DNA of 64,000 bases from Macrostomum lignano (Eukaryota). Location of the stretch: NCBI GenBank assembly GCA_002269645.1, contig NIVC01000749.1:186001-250000 (forward strand), given 5' to 3'. The position numbers were made by a program, and so were the translations under genes. Positions 1 through 9,062 of this stretch are shown here, piece after piece (position 1 is the stretch's first letter; every line of letters begins with the position of its first letter). The notes beneath the pieces are model-generated. The model was not told the DNA's origin, made no database searches, and was given only the letters and a program-made list of their open reading frames with translations.

Positions 1-1871
1 ACAAAGCAGAGGCCGACGAGGTGATCTACGTGAACTGGCTGTGCATGGCCAGGGCCGGGGTGGCCTCGTTAGAGATGTACTCACCTGAGAATGGCGGCAC
101 CTGGCGTCAGGCGCACAGTCGGGCTCGATTCGCTATTTTGCGCGCTCTGCTGGAAGCCGGACAGGTGAGTTTTGTTTTACTGTTCAGTGCCTGTCGTAAT
201 CTCTACTGTCACCTTTATATTGTTGCAGTAGTGTCGAGGCCAATGTGGTTTAGCTTGTTTTTACTAGCTGTGTAGACATTTGTCTGAAAAAAAGTTGATG
301 TCATTTTGGCATGGCAAATGCAATGTTAAAATTCCAACTAGCAATCTGCACCTGCCACATTTTTTTGTATAAACTTCGAGCTTATATAGATGTAGGTTTT
401 GACCTTGAAGAGTCACTACTAATTTCTTAAGGACAATGGTTTAAAGCAAAAAAGCATCCATGCTCTGAAAGCCAGCTATCTAGCCTGAGATATCAGATCC
501 TCTACGAGCGCATGAGTTTTGACTCAAAGCATCTGAGCCACAGTATTTCTGCAATTCCCACAATGAGCCTTTGACATCTGGGCTAAGTTTCTAGGTAGCA
601 CTTATCCCAATCGAATTCATCGTTTAAACGACTCAAACGACTGTATGGCGACAGACAGACAACTGTCGAGTCACATAAATGAGTCAATTAGACAAATTTA
701 GACGCAACCACAAATTCTAAAATGACTAGATGGGCCACTCAGCACATTTGCGCGTAAGCTACTTTCAGTTCAGTAGTAAGTTAAACAGAAGCATCTTGAT
801 GTATTTTATAGCCAAGGCTCATTTATTGGCTTTTAACCAACAGCCTCAACCCTCCAACCGCGCCTACCACACTACCCCCGCGCACCGCCCCGCCCCAATT
901 TTTATTGCCTTTCTCAGAATTCCATGTACATTTCTGCCCTGTACATTTCAGTGGACTGGCCAGTGTACATTATTGCTGAACCAATTAGCAAGTTGTTTAC
1001 ACCTAAAAGCTTGGGCTTCTTAACTTATCAAAGTCATTTCAGCTGCCTTATTTTTTTATAAAATAGCTTATGTATTCTTCTTTGCTACTGAACTGAAAGT
1101 AGAAAGCTGTTTTAATAAGCATGTATGCCTGAGTGGCCCATCTACTTTAGTAGTTATTTTAGTATCTGTGGACGCAAATCAGTGATTATCCAGCGACTCC
1201 AGCCCGCTTCAGATTCAACAACGGCCCCGAAATCATTTTACTGTGATATCTCATCGTTTTAGGGTCGTCTAGCTAGAGTCACTTCTTTCCTATTTAGCTT
1301 TCCTATTTCCTGTGTTACCTGCAACCACTCTGAAACCACTCTATGGCGAATTTGTCTCAATATTCTCAACTAGGAGCAGATGTAAAATTTAAGATATTTT
1401 CTACCATAACTATAAATATTCGAAACGAACAATCACCAGGGCCTGGTCACCATTGACGAAATCACGGGCGAGGACGGCAAGCCAGACCTGACTGTCCGCC
1501 TGGACCGCTCCAAGATCTCCAGCGTGGCCAAGCCGGCCATTGGCGAGTTCCTGAAGCGCCTGCAGAGCTTCAAGTCCACCTGCAGTGTGGAGGCCGGCCG
1601 GGCATTCTTTGAGTCCTACTCAACCGTTGACGCCTACTTCCAGCGTCTGCGCGACATCGTGATTGCTCGTCGCAAACCGAGGCGCGTGTTCATCCAGGCC
1701 AACTTGAGCATGGACTCAGCCGGCAGTGTGAGCATTGTTGAGTACTCGGACGGACCAGCCGAGATGATTCGGTCATTCCGCGACCGGTTCAGCGACGAAG
1801 ACTGGGGGAGGATCGAGGAGGCTCTGTGGCAGCAGTGGGAGCGGGACCTGCCTCTCATGAAGCTGGCCTGA
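1..1871 (+). CDS. DPP3: Dipeptidyl peptidase III (M49), copy 1, last two coding exons only (1-164 partial, 1440-1871)
   Basis: Translation VIYVNWLCMARAGVASLEMYSPENGGTWRQAHSRARFAILRALLEAGQ|GLVTIDE...KPRRVFIQAN matches the DPP3 C-terminal half (WRQAH motif, PRRxFxQ). Donor CAG|GTGAGT at 164/165, acceptor CAG|G at 1439/1440, stop TGA 1869-1871. The 5' part lies outside the window. Confidence 0.93.
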
Positions 1872-3261
1872 GCACGCGGATTCGGTTGTCTGGCTGATTT
1901 ATTCCATGTTGATGGATCGAACTCAAAATAGTTATCATAATTTTAAAATTGACTGTTGATTTAGTCTTATAATTCAAAATTGATAGTCCTGAGTGACACT
2001 TGGCAGATTTAAGAAAACAGAAAAATTAAAATAAGTTACTAATAGACTTTGTAGTTACTCGTATGTTTTGGCGTTTTGCCGTAAACCAATTGTAGTTTTT
2101 AATATGCTTACTTTGTAACCAGTCTGCCAATTCTGCTCCTAAATGCCGTCAACTGCTGCTAATTGTTAAGCTAGAAGACAATTATAAAAGACAAACAAAA
2201 AGTGGAAATAGTCTTTTTTCTACGAATTATTGTTCGATTTTTGTTGTCAAATCGTTTGCCCGGTTTCTGAGCTGGCCAAGTAATAAAACCTTATCGATTC
2301 CATTAAGTTTGTTGAACATTTTTTATTTTCGCTTTTTTTAAACACTAAGGTGAATAGGTTTTAAGCTTCTCTATGACATACCTTCTAGTGTAGTGGACTG
2401 CATAAGAAAAGCTTTGCATGGACACTATTGTCAGATTTAAAATTGGGATAAAAAAGCATGAAACCTCTTTGAGTCCTTGCATCTCAGCAACTCCCATTTT
2501 ACGGTAAAGCATGTCTTGTGATTACTATTGAATGTCTCAACAATTTATTCATGTTCTTGAAGTCGTCGCTTCGTCCGCTTGTGGCAGCCGCATCTCGATT
2601 TGGAACCTTGCCAAGCACAGTAGCAGCAGCAGTCTCGCTACCCATCCAGCAACCAGTACAGCAAGTAGCTCTGTTCTCAGCGAGTCTCCAAGCAACTCAG
2701 CAGCCAGTTATGGACCGATCTCTCTACACGGTGCCCACAGACGCCCCGGTGACTTTCTTGGCCTGCAGGCCCGCATTTGAGAAGCTGAGCCAGGCTGAGA
2801 AGGCGTACGCCTATCACCTGTACCGGGCCTCTTGGATAGGCGGCCTGATCTGCCTGCACCAGACCAGCGCTGAGTCTCCCGGACTCTTCCTGGTGCTGCA
2901 GTCGGTGTTCCGGCGACAGACGCCTGAGCAGCTGCGAGCCGCCTGCAAAGCTGGCGTCTCCGATGCGGACTGGGACGCATTTCTCATGTACGCCACCCAG
3001 GTGCTGGGCAACTTGGGCAACTATAAATCATTTGGCGACACGAAAATTCTGCCGGATCTATCTGAGGAGGCGCTCGACAAGTGAGTATTATCTATGTTCT
3101 CGTTCATTTGTGGCTGCGCAGATTGCTGTCACGTGACTTGCTGTCTTCGCTGAGTTGAAACACCTTGGCTGCATATATGTGTGTATGATCTCATGAGCAA
3201 TTTGATAAAAAGGCAAAAAGTTGCTACTTCGGCCATAGACATCAGAACAGAGGATGCCAAG

Positions 3262-3472
3262 AGCTCTCTCTCTCTCTCTCTCTTCCCTCTCTTCCCTCTC
3301 TTCCTCTCTCTCTCCTCTCTCTCTCCTCTCTCTCTCTCCCTCTCTCTCTCTCCCTCTCTCTCTCTCTCTTCCCTCTCTTCCTCTCTCTCTCCTCTCTCTC
3401 TCTCCTCTCTCTTCCCTCTCTTCCTCTCTCTCTCCTCTCTCTCTCTCCTCTCTCTCTCCTCTCTCTCTCGCT
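3262..3472. repeat. (CT)n-rich microsatellite in DPP3 copy 2 intron 1
   Basis: Pure C/T low-complexity tract ending about 45 nt upstream of the acceptor at 3519. Confidence 0.95.
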
Positions 3473-6339
3473 AGCCTTTAACTGTTAAACTCTAGCTAGT
3501 TTTTGTTGGTAAAATCCAGGATCATCACGGCTTCGGAGGCGCACGCCTCCAGCGAGCGAGTCCGGGTTGCCTGGCAACGCGTTCGAGCTGCTGCCAGCAG
3601 CCTCACGGAGCGCAACAGGCAGCTGGGCCTCGGCACAGCCGGGGTGACCGCCTATTTCTCCGACAACTGCGACGAGTCTGACGCGAAACTGGCGCAAGCA
3701 TTTCTGGACAGCCGGCAGATCAGCGCCTACAACACGAGACTGTTTAAGTCTGCGGACGGCGGCTCTTATCGGATTGTGCAGGTGTGAAATTTAGATTAAT
3801 TAAGAGGCTGATTAAGTGTGCGGACGAAGACTCTTATCGGATTGTGCAGGTGCGAATTTTCTCTAATGGGATTCTCTTTACAACATAAGCCTCGCTTCAC
3901 CGGTCAGCTGCTCAGTGTGGCTCGTGTTTATACTGAATGGTATCTGAGTTGCGATCGATAACCTGGCGATAAAATCAATACAAAATCTTGTGGCTCTTCA
4001 GATTCAGAAATTGTTTTAAGAGCCGCGCTAATTAAAAACCAGTGGGCAACCCCATCGCTCATTTCTGACTCATCCGTCAGGCTGCGGCAGAGTCGAGCGT
4101 CGTGGCCGAGCCGACCGACTTCACCGACGAGGCCAGCGGCCGCAGCGGCAAGTTCAGTGTCGAGCGGGGCGACTACCGCGAGCTGATGTCGCTGGCGCTG
4201 CCGCATCTGCGCAACGCCGAAGCGGCCGCGCTCAACGCCAACCAAGCGGAGATGCTGCGTCGCTACGCGGCCTCGTTCGCCGGCGGCAGCATCGACGAGC
4301 ACAAGGCCGGGTCGAGGGCCTGGATTCGCGACAAGGGACCGGCTGTGGAGACCTACATGGGCTTCATCGAGTCCTACAGGTTCGGGCGTGGCAAATAATA
4401 TTCTGATAGGTACAGACGCCAGGCCTTGTCCCGTAGACTTTGTCCGCCTCTGGATGGTGCCAAGATTCCATTATCTAGACAGCGGGCCCGGGTTGTTTAA
4501 AGGTGTACACGCCAGAGGCGTGGCCGCCACCAGTCACCAGTGCGGGAGTGCATCCGGTGAAAACTCCCGCTAACGAGACGGGACTCTCGGTCTGTAACAG
4601 ACGAAGGTTCTTGACGCCAACTGTACTAGAAATGTCAGAGCTCTCTCGTGGTGCACATCTTACAGGGACTTACTTAGGAATACTGTTACTGCTATGGTTA
4701 TTTGGCTGGATTCGGTCCAGACTCGGTGATCATCCACTCTGATCCTCAACTTCTATTCCTTGCTCTGCTACAGGCGCACTCTCTACTCAATCTGATCATA
4801 CCACGACTCTTGGTGAATCAGTACAGTCACGGACGATCCGAAAGCCTCGGATTGGGGTAGGTGTTAGGGGAAGTCGCAAACGATAGGGGAGTAGGAAGTA
4901 CAGTTGGCGGGTGCTTATTGAAGAGATCGTGGGGATTTAGGAGTAATCAAAGTCTATAAGGGGCGAGAGTCGGTCCACAGAGAGGGTGGGAGAAGTTGCC
5001 GATTCGGGTGCCGAGTTTCTCATGGAAAACTCGGTCTCGCGAGAAAACAAAGCAACACAAGGGACCGAAGAGGGTAAAGAAGACGTCCGAAAGCAGAAGA
5101 AGAAGATACAGCGTCACACGGAACAAGTGAAACAGTGGCGGGAAGGATGCAAGGCTGACTTCTCCTGGTCTCCAACAGCTTTTTTACTCCCCATTTGGCC
5201 AAACTATTGATAGCTTCTTCTATAAGCTATAAGCTAGACTAGAATCGCCGAGACATCCCATCCGGGTCCCTTCCTTGGGGTCCCAGGGGATAAAAGGGAT
5301 AAAACTGTTTGTGCCTCTCGTTAACACATGTGTCCTGCTTAATGGCAGCAAAGCAGCACTCAACGACATAGCGGAACATAGTGTCACAGCGGATGTCTCG
5401 GCGATTCTAGTCACCTGGTCCGAGCAGTTATCGATTCCAGTCGGTTTGGTCTGGAGCCTTGCTTTGGGCTCTATTCTAGCGCTTAAGTTTGCACACCCCC
5501 TTTGGGCGAGTAAATAATAACGGATACCAATCAATCACTCGATGCTCCATCTACTGACAACAGAGATCCATTCGGAGTTCGCGGCGAATTCGAAAGCTTC
5601 GTAGCCGTGGTGAACAAAGAGCAGAGCGCCAAGTTCAACGCTCTCGTTTCCAACGCTGAGAAGTTTCTACCGCTGCTGCCGTGGCCAGCTGCTTATGAGA
5701 AGGACAAATTTCTGCAGCCTGACTTCACTGCGCTGGAGATTGTGACTTTTGCTAGCAGCGAGCCGCCACTTGGAATCAACATTCCCAACTACGATGACAT
5801 CAGACAGTCGGAGGGATTCAAGAACGTTTCGTTGGGCAACGTGTTGTCTAGCAGTTTCTCGGATCCAAAGACTACGTTTCTCGCTGCTGAGGACCGAGAT
5901 GTCTGGATGAGGCGAATTGTACAGGCGAACGAGTTGCAGGTACTTCACAGCTTGTTGTTTTATTAGCTTGGTATCAGCTTTGACTACTCGTAAGCTTGTA
6001 CACCTGTTCATGACGGTATTAGAGTATTGGAGGCTCACTATCAATTTATGTAGCTACAGCATAGTTACCATAGCAACTTCTGGTTTGTTATTATTATCAT
6101 TGAATATTTCTCGGTCATCCCGAATCGTCGGGTAAAATACTTTCTTTTATGCAGTAAGGTTTTTAAAATTTAAAACTATATCCGAGATTTCCCGTTCAAA
6201 TTTATCACGGGGAGCTTATATAAAAGTTCCAACTACACTTGGACAGCATGTCACTGTCACTGGTTATCAATTTCCAGTGATAATAATATAATAAGATGTG
6301 CAACCGACAGCTCAGCCGCAGCTATTGCTATTGCTACGA

Positions 6340-6464
6340 CTGTCCAGTCCATGGACTGGAGGGGGGAGGGGGTCGCCACGCAGCCTCAATTACCCCAGCT
6401 AAAGCTGGCACCCATTTTACAGCTGCGTGAACCGAAGCAGTGCAGAGTTAAGCGTCTTGCTCAA
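6340..6464 (-). mobile_element. CORE-like SINE fragment (same family as 12638 and 14734)
   Basis: Reverse complement reads TTGAGCAAGACGCTTAACTCTGCACTGCTTCGGTTCACGCAGCTGTAAAATGGGTGCCAGC...GTGGCGACCCCC...CCAGTCCATGGACTG, near-identical to the other two copies. Confidence 0.8.
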
Positions 6465-8567
6465 GTTATCCGTTTTATCCGTTGTGATGTTGGTTGCCAC
6501 ACCTGGCCATCTTGTAGTGAGATTCAATTGTGTCTTCTCTCACCTGTGCCCAACACTGGTAGGCCTGCACGAACTCCTTGGCCACGGCAGCGGCAAGCTG
6601 TTCCAGCAGGACTCTGACGGCAAGTTCAACTTCGACCCGAGCTCGGTGGTAGATCTGGTCACTGGCAAGCCGGTTGCCAGCTGGTACAAAGTCGGCGAAA
6701 CCTGGGATGGCAAATTTAGCAATCTGGCATCGGCTTTTGAAGAGTGCCGCGCTGAATGCGTTGGCGTTTACCTGTGCGACGTGCCCGAAGTGCTGGCCGT
6801 GTTCGGCCATCCGGACAAAGCAGAGGCCGACGAGGTGATCTACGTGAACTGGCTGTGCATGGCCAGGGCCGGGGTGGCCTCGTTAGAGATGTACTCACCT
6901 GAGAATGGCGGCACCTGTGATGCTCCGCGTGATGCTGGAGGCTGGACAGGTGAGTTTCTGTCGTCTTACCTTTAATTTTACCTTTTCGTTAATCAAAAGT
7001 TATACAGCCTATCTGACTTGCATGTAATTCCGTACCTAATTTTGTTGCCACTTTTAATTAGACTTTGGAAACCGGTACGACCTTTGTCGAAGGTGCGACA
7101 TCGCATGCCATTGCGAAAGAAGAAGAGTGTGTAGTAAATTGAGAAATCTCTGGCCTTGGTATTCCTTGGCTTTTTTCAAGAATAAGAAAAGCACTTTTGC
7201 GTGAATTGATGGCTATCGATAGGCAGTTAGTGACAATTTTTTCTCTAAAGCATCCGTCTCTGCGCCAGAGAACTTGGTTTTAAAGCCAATACTGACAATC
7301 TATTGACCAGGGTGACGTACTGACCCTGGCTGCGGTCCTCCACTGACACGCGTACGACGCGGTGTCCGTCGGGACTAGGCTGCTCGAGCGTACGACGCAG
7401 AGCTGCTTGGGGTGGGACCGGCGTACGACGCACTTAATCCCCCTAAGGTGCCTAGTACAGAGGCAGACCCAAATGACTTGCAAATTGGAAGGCTTACCAG
7501 CCGCGATTTTGGTCGTACAACAAGACACAGCGCCGTCAGAGCAGTGGTAGTTTGACTAAACGGAAAAGGCCTAGGCAGGGAGGGGGGTACGCACGCGCAG
7601 AAGTGCAGGTGGGTGAGTCAGAAAATATCTGAGGAGGGGGGAGAGGACGGCCGACTGGCCCGGCGTAGCAAAGTAGCAAAGTACACACAGTCAAAATAAC
7701 ACATTCATGACACTATACTAGAGGATTACATGTCTTCTTAGCGTGCCACTCTTGAAAGCATTAGCTGATGCACAGTCGGGTTGAACCTTAGCAGCCAGAG
7801 CAAATAAACACTGCCGTCTGGATCCATCTCCCTCAGAAATTTATTCACTATCTGTTAGGTTTCACCTGAGCTGTGGCAGCTGGAACACGTTTATTGTTGC
7901 AAGCGTTTATTAGAAATGCAAATTTCTTTTGTATACTCACCTAATCTCCTTGCCAAACGATCACCAGGGCCTGGTCACCATTGACGAAATCACGGGCGAG
8001 GACGGCAAGCCAGACCTGACAGTCCGCCTGGACCGCTCCAAGATCTCCAGCGTGGCCAAGCCGGCTATTGGCGAGTTCCTGAAGCGCCTGCAGAGCTTCA
8101 AGTCCACCTGCAGTGTGGAGGCCGGCCGGGAATTCTTTGAGTCCTACTCAACCGTTGACGCCTACTTCCAGCGTCTGCGCGACATCGTGATTGCTCGTCG
8201 CAAACCGAGGCGCGTGTTTATCCAGGCCAACTTGAGCATGGACTCAGCCGGCAGTGTGAGCATTGTTGAGTACTCGGACGGACCAGCCGAGATGATTCGG
8301 TCATTCCGCGACCGGTTCAGCGACGAAGACTGGGGGAGGATCGAGGAGGCTCTGTGGCAGCAGTGGGAGCGAGACCTGCCTCTCATGAAGCTGGCCTGAG
8401 CAGTGTCTTAAAAAGTGTTTGGCGTAGCAGACAATCAAACCAATGTCCATTTTGTTTGCTAGTTTACAGGTTCTTCGTGCCTTTACCTTTTTGAGCTTTT
8501 GTTAGTCGCATAAATTCATTACGAAAACGTTTTTTGACGAAAATTCACTCATTTTTTGTTTATTTGT

Positions 8568-9001
8568 GTCAGTCAGTCAGTCAGTCAGCCAGCCAGTCAG
8601 TCAGTCAGTCAGGCAGTCAGTCAGTCAGGCAGTCAGTCAGGCAGTCAGTCAGACAGCCAGTCAGTCAGTCAGGCAGTCAGTCAGTCAGGCAGGCAGTCAG
8701 TCAGTCAGTCAGCCAGCCAGTCAGTCAGTCAGTCAGTCAGTCAGTCAGTCAGTCAGCCAGTCAGGCAGTCAGTCAGGCAGTCAGCCAGTCAGTCAGTCAG
8801 TCAGTCAGTCAGTCAGCCAGTCAGTCAGTCAGTCAGTCAGTCAGCCAGTCAGTCAGTCAGTCAGCCAGTCAGTCAGTCAGTCAGTCAGCCAGTCAGTCAG
8901 TCAGTCAGTCAGTCAGTCAGTCAGTCAGTCAGCCAGTCAGTCAGTCAGCCAGTCAGTCAGCCAGTCAGTCAGTCAGTCAGTCAGCCAGTCAGTCAGTCAG
9001 T
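8568..9001. repeat. (CAGT)n tetranucleotide microsatellite
   Basis: Directly visible, with CAGC/CAGG variant units; explains the SQSV-type spurious ORFs. Confidence 0.97.
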
Positions 9002-9062
9002 AAGATATTTGTAAAGCAAAAGCTACATTCCATATTGCAGCAAAATTATTGAATTTTCAAGC

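Larger units (their letters stand above)
2551..8399 (+). pseudogene. DPP3: Dipeptidyl peptidase III, copy 2, probably pseudogenised. Exons 2551-3080, 3520-3781, 4081-4379, 5564-5939, 6559-6949, 7968-8399
   Basis: Carries the DPP3 motifs IESYRDPFGVRGEFE, GINIPNYDDIRQSEGFKNVSLGNV and the zinc ligands HELLGH and EECRAE. Exon phases are consistent up to exon 4. The exon 5 acceptor reads CTG instead of CAG (6556-6558), and exon 5 is 29 bp shorter than copy 1 after 6917, removing WRQAH and shifting frame. Confidence 0.8.

Noticed and set aside
3128-3137. Perfect GTCACGTGAC (CLEAR/E-box) here and at 60402-60411
   Set aside because: Isolated 10-mers without supporting context cannot be called regulatory.
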